Positions 1-6,305 of a DNA stretch of 42,337 nt are shown in pieces (the first letter of the stretch is position 1; every line of letters begins with the position of its first letter). The translations under genes and the position numbers were made by a program. The notes under the pieces are model-generated. The model did no database searches and was not told where the DNA came from. It worked only from the letters and a program-made list of their open reading frames with translations. The stretch lies in IMG/VR virus record IMGVR_UViG_3300045988_126214, one strand, 5' to 3'. The stretch comes from a virus.

Positions 1-55
1 AAAAGCCGGGGCTAATACTTCAATTATTTTAGGACATTTTCAAAAACGCTTGACA
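1..55. repeat. 55-bp exact terminal overlap (identical to 42283-42337); circular closure of the contig
   Basis: Base-by-base identity of 1-55 with the last 55 nt of the window. The length equals a typical assembler k-mer. Confidence 0.9.
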
Positions 56-83
56 CAAAAAAGTTCATTAAATAGACAAATAA
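55..83. repeat. Right copy of the 29-bp target-site duplication of the IS (ACAAAAAAGTTCATTAAATAGACAAATAA)
   Basis: Identical 29-mer at 40718-40746, directly abutting the other IS end. The boundary is ambiguous by 1 nt. Confidence 0.8.
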
Positions 84-86
84 ATA

Positions 87-115
87 TTGACAAAGCCTAT
101 TCAATGAACTATTAT
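87..115 (+). promoter_or_regulatory. Early (PR-like) promoter TTGACA-17 nt-TATTAT for the cro-like operon
   Basis: TTGACA at 87-92, 17-nt spacer, TATTAT at 110-115. Flanked by inverted 11-mers GTTCATTAAAT (63-73) and ATTCAATGAAC (99-109), 10/11 complementary, which are candidate operators. Confidence 0.6.
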
Positions 116-142
116 GTCTATGTAAGGAACAATGAAAGCGAG

Positions 143-385
143 GTGAGAAGTCAAACGTTAGCAAATATAGAAAAAGAAAGAATAAAGAGAAAAATTACCC
201 AAGGACAGTTGGCTATGAAAATTGGAGTATCTCATAAGACTTATTACAACTGGATTAATGAAGTGCGAGATATTCCAAGTAGAAAATTGCAGAGGTTAGC
301 CAAAATACTTGATGTAACAATGGAGTATCTGTTGGAAAGTAGTACAGAAATAGAAAGGAGTAGGGAAAATGAGAAATTTGGATGA
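143..385 (+). CDS. XRE-family HTH protein, cro-like early regulator (start uncertain: GTG 143, ATG 104, or TTG 50)
   Basis: HTH signature ITQGQLAMKIGVSHKTYYNWINEVRDIPSRKLQRLAKIL. It is divergent from the cI-like repressor once the IS is removed. TTG 50 lies inside the IS end and ATG 104 lies inside the predicted promoter. Confidence 0.75.
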   Translation: MRSQTLANIEKERIKRKITQGQLAMKIGVSHKTYYNWINEVRDIPSRKLQRLAKILDVTMEYLLESSTEIERSRENEKFG

Positions 386-536
386 ATTGGATATTGTGTT
401 TCAGAAACTTGAAACACTTGAAGATCAGAAAAGAGAAGCGGAGATTGCGAAATTACGTTCAAAAATTACAAAGAGCTATGTAATTAACACAGTGCTTGCC
501 GCATTGATGTACATAGCCCTTAAGAAAAGTAAATAA
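369..536 (+). CDS. 55-aa hypothetical protein (coiled coil plus C-terminal hydrophobic helix), below the ORF-track cutoff
   Basis: AAAGGAG RBS 9 nt upstream of ATG 369. Translation MRNLDELDIVFQKLETLEDQKREAEIAKLRSKITKSYVINTVLAALMYIALKKSK. It overlaps the end of the cro-like gene, suggesting translational coupling. Confidence 0.5.
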   Translation: MRNLDELDIVFQKLETLEDQKREAEIAKLRSKITKSYVINTVLAALMYIALKKSK

Positions 537-542
537 GTGGAG

Positions 543-731
543 CTATCTGCGACGACGGCGCTGATTCATGGACAGATCACTTTCGACCTGGTTAGTGAAA
601 TCCGAAGAACAGATAACTTTTTCAATGGATTGGGAAAGTAGCTTTATAAAGTCTTCTTTTGAGAGGTCAGAGACTTTTTCAAAAGAAAAAGTGTTGGCAA
701 CTTCCCGAACACAATCTTCTACATGTAACAT
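543..731 (-). CDS. 62-aa acidic hypothetical protein, antisense to the early operon
   Basis: GGAGG RBS upstream of ATG at 731. The longer 543-896 track ORF has no RBS. It shares the motif (D/E)LSK(D/E)(E/D)(L/F)(V/I) with the 52-aa minus-strand ORF at 1935-2093. Confidence 0.55.
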   Translation of the reverse strand: MLHVEDCVREVANTFSFEKVSDLSKEDFIKLLSQSIEKVICSSDFTNQVESDLSMNQRRRRR

Positions 732-806
732 AGGAAACCTCCTTTCTATAAAGATGTAGAAAGAGTTTACCACAATAGGAAATAAATTACCATAGAAAAG
801 AAAAAT

Positions 807-822
807 GTTGAGATATATCGAC
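807..822. promoter_or_regulatory. GTTGA-N6-TCGAC palindrome, a degenerate copy of the GTCGA-N6-TCGAC element
   Basis: Same GAGATATATCGACAGAA context as the copies at 1575-1590 and 2733-2748. Confidence 0.4.
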
Positions 823-840
823 AGAAAACGAGGTGAGAGA

Positions 841-1002
841 ATGAAAATTAAAACAATCCCAGAAATCAACATGACAGATAATCCTTTAGACAACATTATT
901 AAAATGGCTCCTTATTTGGATGAAGGAAGTCAGCGAACTGTATTCGGGATGATGCTGGAAGCGGTCATGAGCATAAAAGATGATGGAAAGAAAGCTGGAT
1001 AA
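841..1002 (+). CDS. 53-aa hypothetical protein
   Basis: Conserved leader CGACAGAAAACGAGGTGAGAGA followed by ATG at 841. Part of the 805-1002 track ORF. Confidence 0.55.
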   Translation: MKIKTIPEINMTDNPLDNIIKMAPYLDEGSQRTVFGMMLEAVMSIKDDGKKAG

Positions 1003-1060
1003 AGAAGCAACTATACTGTATTCAAACGAAACAGAAAGCGAGGTGAGAAGAATGAAAGAT

Positions 1061-1103
1061 AAAAAAATCGCACGAAAATCTCAAATAATGTATTTTCGTG
1101 CGA
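1061..1103 (-). terminator. Rho-independent terminator of the minus-strand 112-aa gene
   Basis: Perfect 12-bp stem TCGCACGAAAAT / ATTTTCGTGCGA (1068-1079 / 1092-1103), followed on the minus strand by U7 (1061-1067). Confidence 0.7.
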
Positions 1104-1139
1104 AAGATGTAATGATTTTGCTGACATATAAAAAAGATA

Positions 1140-1478
1140 CTAAGCGCCAAAATACTCATCAAAAACAGGAAGCAACTTGAGTATACCAAATACAGAATTT
1201 TGACAGATTTTTTTAGATTCTTCATCAGCAGGAATATCACCAGAAATAATTCCATCAGCAACTGTAAGTGCCATATAAAGCGTTTGCAGCATGTTTCTGG
1301 ATATATTGGTATTGTGGGATGAAAATGTTTCAACTATTTGTTCGCTGTAGAACAAAGCTAAGTCAATTGTTTCGGGAGGAAACAAGTCAGAATCTGGAAT
1401 AACGTTAACCGTAACGGCTAAAGCATCCATTAAAGTCTGGATATCATTATCCGACAATGGATATGTAAATTTCTTCAT
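1140..1478 (-). CDS. 112-aa acidic helical hypothetical protein, copy 1 of 2 identical genes
   Basis: AGGAGAAG RBS upstream of ATG at 1478 (MKKFTYPLSDNDIQ...). It has its own promoter and terminator. The protein is identical to that of 2298-2636. Confidence 0.75.
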   Translation of the reverse strand: MKKFTYPLSDNDIQTLMDALAVTVNVIPDSDLFPPETIDLALFYSEQIVETFSSHNTNISRNMLQTLYMALTVADGIISGDIPADEESKKICQNSVFGILKLLPVFDEYFGA

Positions 1479-1501
1479 ATACTTCTCCTTTTTACGTACT
1501 T

Positions 1502-1555
1502 GGGCATGGCAGTGCCCTGTAAGACTAGAATAGGAAAAGTTACAAGAAAAGTCAA
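1502..1555 (-). promoter_or_regulatory. Minus-strand promoter TTGACT-17-TATTCT plus the +1 palindrome GGGCA-N6-TGCCC
   Basis: -35 at 1555-1550, -10 at 1532-1527, and palindrome GGGCATGGCAGTGCCC at 1502-1517 at or near the transcription start. Confidence 0.65.
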
Positions 1556-1574
1556 TATAAAACAAAGGAAAGAA

Positions 1575-1590
1575 GTCGAGATATATCGAC
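1575..1590. promoter_or_regulatory. GTCGA-N6-TCGAC palindrome between divergent genes
   Basis: GTCGAGATATATCGAC, repeated at 2733-2748 and in degenerate form at 807-822. It lies ~20 nt upstream of the minus-strand -35. Confidence 0.45.
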
Positions 1591-1609
1591 AGAAGGGTAG
1601 GTGAAAAAT

Positions 1610-1756
1610 ATGACCAAAGAAAAGAAAGAGCGTATCACAGCAATCGTACAGAATCTGAAACAGATGGATATTGTAAGCCTTAAGTTGATGGAGAATAACT
1701 CAGAACTCTTGAGAGCCAGAGATGCAATGGAAGTAGAAACCCAGAAAGCAGGATAA
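1610..1756 (+). CDS. 48-aa hypothetical protein, below the ORF-track cutoff
   Basis: Leader CGACAGAAGGGTAGGTGAAAAAT followed by ATG at 1610. Hand translation MTKEKKERITAIVQNLKQMDIVSLKLMENNSELLRARDAMEVETQKAG. Confidence 0.5.
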   Translation: MTKEKKERITAIVQNLKQMDIVSLKLMENNSELLRARDAMEVETQKAG

Positions 1757-1774
1757 CAGAAGCGAGGTGAAAAG

Positions 1775-1975
1775 ATGGAAAGTGACCGAGACAGGAGATT
1801 TGCGCTTGAAGGATTTGTAAGATATCACGATGACAGAATCTGGAAGCAGACGCAAAAGCTTGTCAGAGAAGAAAAAGAAGCAATAACCAAAATGGCAGTT
1901 ACCCTTACTGCAATAAGAATAACTGCCATGCTGCTTATCTCTTGGTTTGCGCTTCATAAGTTTTCAGGACAGTAG
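1775..1975 (+). CDS. 66-aa hypothetical protein with a C-terminal transmembrane helix
   Basis: Leader CAGAAGCGAGGTGAAAAG followed by ATG. Hydrophobic tail VTLTAIRITAMLLISWFAL. Confidence 0.6.
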   Translation: MESDRDRRFALEGFVRYHDDRIWKQTQKLVREEKEAITKMAVTLTAIRITAMLLISWFALHKFSGQ

Positions 1976-2093
1976 AAGCAACTTCATGTACTGCATTGAC
2001 AAGTTCATCCTTGGAAAGTTCGTCAGCAGAGGAGTGATAGATTTCGTTGATCATTTCGTGACTGAACAGATCAATGACTTCGTGAATTGTCAT
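1935..2093 (-). CDS. 52-aa acidic hypothetical protein, below the ORF-track cutoff
   Basis: AAAGGAG RBS upstream of ATG at 2093. Hand translation MTIHEVIDLFSHEMINEIYHSSADELSKDELVNAVHEVASTVLKTYEAQTKR. It is driven by the third copy of the TTGACT-17-TATTCT/GGGCA-N6-TGCCC cassette. Confidence 0.55.
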   Translation of the reverse strand: MTIHEVIDLFSHEMINEIYHSSADELSKDELVNAVHEVASTVLKTYEAQTKR

Positions 2094-2118
2094 ATAAAGA
2101 ACTCCTTTCATAATACTC

Positions 2119-2172
2119 GGGCATGCCAGTGCCCTGTACCTAAAGAATAGGAGAAAAGAAATAAAAAGTCAA
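2119..2172 (-). promoter_or_regulatory. Minus-strand promoter TTGACT-17-TATTCT plus palindrome GGGCATGCCAGTGCCC
   Basis: -35 at 2172-2167, -10 at 2149-2144, palindrome at 2119-2134. Same architecture as 1502-1555 and 2660-2713. Confidence 0.65.
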
Positions 2173-2218
2173 TGTAATTGGAGAAGTAACAGAAAGCGAG
2201 GTGAGAAGAATGAAAGAT

Positions 2219-2261
2219 AAAAAAATCGCACGAAAATCTCAAATAATGTATTTTCGTGCGA
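2219..2261 (-). terminator. Rho-independent terminator (duplicate of 1061-1103)
   Basis: Identical 12-bp stem and U-run, offset by 1158 bp. Confidence 0.7.
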
Positions 2262-2297
2262 AAGATGTAATGATTTTGCTGACATATAAAAAAGATA

Positions 2298-2636
2298 CTA
2301 AGCGCCAAAATACTCATCAAAAACAGGAAGCAACTTGAGTATACCAAATACAGAATTTTGACAGATTTTTTTAGATTCTTCATCAGCAGGAATATCACCA
2401 GAAATAATTCCATCAGCAACTGTAAGTGCCATATAAAGCGTTTGCAGCATGTTTCTGGATATATTGGTATTGTGGGATGAAAATGTTTCAACTATTTGTT
2501 CGCTGTAGAACAAAGCTAAGTCAATTGTTTCGGGAGGAAACAAGTCAGAATCTGGAATAACGTTAACCGTAACGGCTAAAGCATCCATTAAAGTCTGGAT
2601 ATCATTATCCGACAATGGATATGTAAATTTCTTCAT
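2298..2636 (-). CDS. 112-aa acidic helical hypothetical protein, copy 2
   Basis: Same RBS and ATG (2636) as copy 1. The 205-aa track ORF is an upstream extension with no RBS. Confidence 0.75.
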   Translation of the reverse strand: MKKFTYPLSDNDIQTLMDALAVTVNVIPDSDLFPPETIDLALFYSEQIVETFSSHNTNISRNMLQTLYMALTVADGIISGDIPADEESKKICQNSVFGILKLLPVFDEYFGA

Positions 2637-2659
2637 ATACTTCTCCTTTCTATATACTT

Positions 2660-2713
2660 GGGCATGGCAGTGCCCTGTAAGACTAGGATAGGAAAAGTTA
2701 CAAGAAAAGTCAA
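2660..2713 (-). promoter_or_regulatory. Minus-strand promoter TTGACT-17-TATCCT plus palindrome GGGCATGGCAGTGCCC
   Basis: Duplicate of 1502-1555 with one change in the -10. Confidence 0.6.
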
Positions 2714-2732
2714 TATAAAACAAAGGAAAGAA

Positions 2733-2748
2733 GTCGAGGTATATCGAC
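2733..2748. promoter_or_regulatory. GTCGA-N6-TCGAC palindrome (GTCGAGGTATATCGAC)
   Basis: Copy of 1575-1590. Confidence 0.45.
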
Positions 2749-2769
2749 AGAAAGCGAGGTGAGAAAGAA

Positions 2770-3087
2770 ATGAAATTATTTGGATTTAGAATCAATGCAA
2801 GAGAAATCAAAGATGTCAGAGAAATAGAGAAAACATTAGAGAACATTGAAGAAAAGAAAAATAAAATAATAGATCTTGCAGGACAACTTAGTACTCTGAC
2901 AGAAATTAAATTCAAATATTCAGCAGATGGGAGTATTGAAAAGAAATTTGAGGTAGATGGATTTGAAATGGATAAGATCTTGGGAAATATGCGAGTAGCT
3001 CAGATGCAAATTGTAGCCAGCTATAAAAGTCTGGAAGCACTTGGCATGATAGAAATTACCCCTGCTCCAAAGAACAGGAAAATTTGA
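2770..3087 (+). CDS. 105-aa hypothetical protein
   Basis: Track ORF preceded by the leader CGACAGAAAGCGAGGTGAGAAAGAA. Confidence 0.7.
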   Translation: MKLFGFRINAREIKDVREIEKTLENIEEKKNKIIDLAGQLSTLTEIKFKYSADGSIEKKFEVDGFEMDKILGNMRVAQMQIVASYKSLEALGMIEITPAPKNRKI

Positions 3088-3136
3088 AAGGAAAGTCATT
3101 GATATTTGGGAAAGTAACAGGAAAGGTGATGATGAG

Positions 3137-3319
3137 ATGGGATTTATGCTTGCAGAAAAACAGAACTATGAAATATGTGAAGCAATAATTGAGATGTTCC
3201 ATAAAAAAGAAATATCTGTAGAGCAATCCTATGCGATTTTAGATTATGTAAAAAGAAAAATCGCACAGGACACAAAAGTTGGTGAATTAGTCAAAATTAG
3301 CTACGAAGATTTTTTATAG
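3137..3319 (+). CDS. 60-aa hypothetical protein
   Basis: Track ORF preceded by the leader AACAGGAAAGGTGATGATGAG. Confidence 0.6.
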   Translation: MGFMLAEKQNYEICEAIIEMFHKKEISVEQSYAILDYVKRKIAQDTKVGELVKISYEDFL

Positions 3320-3442
3320 CTTCAGAAACAGCCTGGAATGAAGCTACAAACAATTTCATTAGTAATTTCAATAATCGCATTAGTTTTGGCTATAGCGAAA
3401 GCTGCTGGTTAAAAGTGATGGGAAGAAAAGGATGGTGTAAAG

Positions 3443-3646
3443 ATGGAACATATAAAAATCGTATGCAAAATACCTCATGAGATAGCACTGCAGGATGGCT
3501 TCTTGAGCAAACTCATTAGAAAAATGGAGAGACAGGTGAAAAACACCAGAAAGAGCATTCATATGACAATCGAAATCACATGGGGGCAGCAGGATCAATC
3601 AGAGGTTATTTCAAATGTACCGATTACGGATTTATCAATGGAATAA
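3443..3646 (+). CDS. 67-aa hypothetical protein
   Basis: Track ORF with RBS AAGGATGGTG. Confidence 0.6.
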   Translation: MEHIKIVCKIPHEIALQDGFLSKLIRKMERQVKNTRKSIHMTIEITWGQQDQSEVISNVPITDLSME

Positions 3647-3658
3647 TAAGAAAGCAGG

Positions 3659-3889
3659 ATGCGAAAAATGAACACAGGAAAAATATTGACAACTGAAGCT
3701 GCTGCAATTCTCAATACATCCCCACAGTTTGTACGTGTTGCAATGCAGCAGGGCAAGCTGCCGATCGGCACAGCAATCAAGATGTCGTCTATATGGACTT
3801 ATAACATTTCTGGAAAACTTCTGGCGGAATATAGCGGAAAAGATGTTGAAAAAGAGCTGGAACAGATCAGAAAAAAGAAAGTTATGTAA
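3659..3889 (+). CDS. Small HTH DNA-binding protein (excisionase/MerR-like fold; candidate Xis or early regulator)
   Basis: ILTTEAAAILNTSPQFVRVAMQQGKLP is a typical Xis/AlpA-type winged-HTH signature. Last gene of the early operon. Confidence 0.6.
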   Translation: MRKMNTGKILTTEAAAILNTSPQFVRVAMQQGKLPIGTAIKMSSIWTYNISGKLLAEYSGKDVEKELEQIRKKKVM

Positions 3890-3904
3890 ACTAAAGAAAA
3901 GAGC

Positions 3905-3956
3905 CGATGCAAGGGGTGCATCGACTCAGGTCCATATGTAATCAACCAATTACATA
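3905..3956. promoter_or_regulatory. Two stem-loops upstream of rep; candidate double-strand origin / nick-site region
   Basis: CGATGCA-AGGGG-TGCATCG (3905-3923) and TATGTAAT-CAACCA-ATTACATA (3935-3956). Neither is followed by a U-run. Confidence 0.35.
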
Positions 3957-3998
3957 GTATCACTGGGCCGCTAAAAAGTCAAGAATGTAAGAAAAAAT

Positions 3999-4020
3999 CA
4001 GGGGTGAAATTCCCCTGTTT
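3999..4020 (+). terminator. Terminator-like hairpin closing the early operon
   Basis: CAGGGG-TGAAATT-CCCCTG followed by TTT. Confidence 0.5.
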
Positions 4021-4059
4021 AGTACTCGATTAAGATATTAAACTTAGGAGCCTTTTGGT

Positions 4060-4821
4060 ATGAAAACAAAGCGTAAAACCTGGTATCTGCAGAAGAAGGA
4101 TATCCTGTATGTGGAAGAGAATTATGATGGAAAGTATGGAGCTAAGGGGAAGGAGAGACTGCCTAAGAGAAAGCTCACTCCCGAAGATGTTCAGAGAGTA
4201 AACGCCTGGAATAAATCCAAGAGGGCAAGACTCAGGCTGATGGAATATTTTTCGCCAGGTGATCTTTGGGTGACATTTACATACAAGCCAGAGAACAGAC
4301 CTCCAGATATGGACACTGCCAAGAAGCAGTTTTTGAAAATGATGGACAAGCTAAGAAAGATTTACAGGAAAAAAGACAGGGAGCTCTTCTGGATCCGGAA
4401 CATTGAGCGGGGGACGAAGGGAGCCTGGCATATACATTGTATTATCAACGATATTGGAAATACGGCAAGTCTTGTTGAAAGGACCTGGCCCTATGGTGGA
4501 GTATATGTAACTCAGATCAGGAAGAGTAAGTGCCCGGAAGAGGATTTCCAGAAGCTGGCTGATTACATCACCAAGGATGAGAAAACTAGGGAAAAGAAAC
4601 AAGACGGAACCCTGGCAAAGCCCAGACTTAGTGAAGCAAACTACAGCCATTCCAGGAACATGCCGCTTCCAGAGCCAAAGCCAGAGGAACTGAAGCGTTG
4701 GCCTAAGAAAGTGAAGCCTAAGAAAGGTTACTACATAGCAGAGCTCTTTGAGGGAAAAAATCCGGTAACTGGGCACAATTACCGCCATTACACATTGATC
4801 AGATTGTACAGACGAATTTAA
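4060..4821 (+). CDS. HUH-superfamily rolling-circle replication initiator (Rep)
   Basis: The three RCR motifs occur in the canonical order: I WVTFTY, II (HUH) WHIHCII, III (YxxK) DYITKDEK. Confidence 0.8.
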   Translation: MKTKRKTWYLQKKDILYVEENYDGKYGAKGKERLPKRKLTPEDVQRVNAWNKSKRARLRLMEYFSPGDLWVTFTYKPENRPPDMDTAKKQFLKMMDKLRKIYRKKDRELFWIRNIERGTKGAWHIHCIINDIGNTASLVERTWPYGGVYVTQIRKSKCPEEDFQKLADYITKDEKTREKKQDGTLAKPRLSEANYSHSRNMPLPEPKPEELKRWPKKVKPKKGYYIAELFEGKNPVTGHNYRHYTLIRLYRRI

Positions 4822-4840
4822 AGAAAGGGGGAATCAAGCT

Positions 4841-5266
4841 GTGAAAGTCAATATTTATCTGGAAACAGATAAACAGTGCCAGGCGAGAGTTCAGCGCAGA
4901 TACGGATATGTAATAGAAGCCGTGTTCGCTGGCAGGACTGAGACCAGAGAAGGTTTCGGAAATAGTAGTAGTACATATCATCAGTGTAACTTACAGGCAC
5001 TCATAGAAGCCCTTTCGAGATTTCGTTCTACATGTGAGGTTTGCATATATACCAGAGATACCTTCGTGACCTCCAGAGTATTGAGAATCTCAGATCTGGC
5101 AGCAGATGCCTTTAAAGATACAAAGGGAAAAGATATCAAAAATGCAGATGAATGGAAAAAGGTCTACGAAGTAATTAACCGGTTGAAACTGAAAGTTTCT
5201 TCGCTGGCCGGAGTACATTCGTATTCGCAATGGCTCCAGGAGGAGATGATAAAACGTGGAAACTGA
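4841..5266 (+). CDS. RNase H-like domain protein
   Basis: By-eye colinearity with RNase HI: VNIYLETD / GYVIE / LQALIEAL / CEVCIYTRDTFV / IKNADEWKKV. GTG start after GGGGGAA. Confidence 0.55.
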   Translation: MKVNIYLETDKQCQARVQRRYGYVIEAVFAGRTETREGFGNSSSTYHQCNLQALIEALSRFRSTCEVCIYTRDTFVTSRVLRISDLAADAFKDTKGKDIKNADEWKKVYEVINRLKLKVSSLAGVHSYSQWLQEEMIKRGN

Positions 5267-5480
5267 AGAACTGTGGGGGAAAGGATGGAGTCTGCGCACA
5301 GAACAGGATCCAAGGACAATGACGTATCTTGGAACAGTAACAAAATCAGAAATACACTTTCACTATTACAGAGATGATGATGGAGAAATCTATTTCGATA
5401 ATGAACCGGAAGGTGGGAAGCCTGATTGGATGGAAAGAGCAGACAGAAAATTGAGAAATAGGGCACATAAGAAAAAATAA
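5256..5480 (+). CDS. 74-aa hypothetical protein
   Basis: Track ORF. Its GTG start overlaps the upstream stop. Confidence 0.55.
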   Translation: METEELWGKGWSLRTEQDPRTMTYLGTVTKSEIHFHYYRDDDGEIYFDNEPEGGKPDWMERADRKLRNRAHKKK

Positions 5481-5498
5481 AAAGAAAAGAGGAAGAGT

Positions 5499-6305
5499 AT
5501 GAGAACAATCGCAGTGATTAATTTAAAGGGTGGCGTGGCCAAGACCGTTACCACCAATAGTGTTGCCTATATTCTGGCAAGCCAGGGAAATAAAGTGCTT
5601 ATTGTGGATAACGATAAGCAGGGAGATGCATCAAGAGGATTGAACTGCAGAACACAGGATGGAGAGGGAATAGATCGGATCATGACTGCAAGGCACCCGG
5701 AAGACTGGATGAAAAAACTGATCAGACATACGGAATTCCATAACATGGATGTATTACCGGCAAATATGCGTCTTTTGATGGCTAACCAGGAAGTAATGTT
5801 CGATCAGACACGACCGCAGCAGTATAGGATAAAAAATGCATTGGCATGTGTGGCTGATCAGTATGATTTCTGCATAATTGACAATGCACCGGATATCAAC
5901 GTATCAACGATCAATGCTCTGACAGCCTGTGATGATGTTTTGATTCCGGTAGAAATTGATGATAACACAACGGAAGGACTTCCGGAACTGGTGAATCAGA
6001 TTGGTTATACAAAAGAGGAACTGAACCCAGAATTGAAAAATTACTGGGTCTTTATCACAAAATATGACAAAAACAACCTTGCACAGGCACAGGGAACAGA
6101 AATGATAGAGGCAGCAGGGTATCCGATGCTTAAGACGAAGATAAGATATTCAAGAAAAGTATCAGAGAGTACTTATGCAAGAAAACCTATCCCTTTGTAT
6201 TCCGCGCGTTCTTTAGCCGCAAAAGATTATGAATGCCTGGTGAAAGAGTATCTGGTGGCAGCAGGAGTCATGATGGATAAATGGACAGAAGGGAGGGAAG
6301 GCTGA
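5499..6305 (+). CDS. parA: ParA/Soj-family partition ATPase
   Basis: Deviant Walker A NLKGGVAKT, A' box IVDNDKQGDAS, Walker B FCIIDNAPD. Confidence 0.9.
   Translation: MRTIAVINLKGGVAKTVTTNSVAYILASQGNKVLIVDNDKQGDASRGLNCRTQDGEGIDRIMTARHPEDWMKKLIRHTEFHNMDVLPANMRLLMANQEVMFDQTRPQQYRIKNALACVADQYDFCIIDNAPDINVSTINALTACDDVLIPVEIDDNTTEGLPELVNQIGYTKEELNPELKNYWVFITKYDKNNLAQAQGTEMIEAAGYPMLKTKIRYSRKVSESTYARKPIPLYSARSLAAKDYECLVKEYLVAAGVMMDKWTEGREG

Larger units (their letters stand above)
1029..1594. repeat. Copy 1 of a ~566-bp direct repeat (copy 2 at 2187-2752, offset 1158 bp)
   Basis: Near-identical sequence, with only a few mismatches in the promoter/5'UTR part. Both ends fall in the ACAGAAAGCGAGGTGAGAA leader motif. 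Confidence 0.9.
2187..2752. repeat. Copy 2 of the ~566-bp direct repeat
   Basis: See 1029-1594. Confidence 0.9.

Noticed and set aside
50-78. Outward-facing -35 hexamer TTGACA at the very end of the IS, which could create a hybrid promoter into the early operon
   Set aside because: No acceptable -10 is present 16-18 nt downstream (TAGACA/ATAGAC), and the native PR lies 37 bp further on.
50-142. TTG 50 and ATG 104 as starts of the cro-like gene
   Set aside because: TTG 50 lies inside the IS right end, so it cannot be ancestral. ATG 104 lies in the spacer of the best promoter and has no RBS. The true start remains uncertain.
396-417. GTGTTTCA-N6-TGAAACAC inverted repeat, resembling parS half-sites
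   Set aside because: The arms are only 8 bp and the spacing is unlike the contiguous parS palindrome. It is a single copy inside a coding region, and a repeat of this size is expected by chance in 42 kb.
1052-1180. 42-aa plus-strand ORF (MKDKKIARKS...), duplicated at 2210-2338, preceded by the perfect conserved leader, RBS and ATG
   Set aside because: Most of the ORF is occupied by the 12-bp-stem minus-strand terminator and by the 3' end of the convergent 112-aa gene. The leader is probably retained as a recombination junction. Translation cannot be excluded, so it is rejected as a feature rather than as a possibility.
3338-3412. 24-aa hydrophobic peptide ORF (MKLQTISLVISIIALVLAIAKAAG)
   Set aside because: It has a weak RBS and is too short to support from sequence alone.
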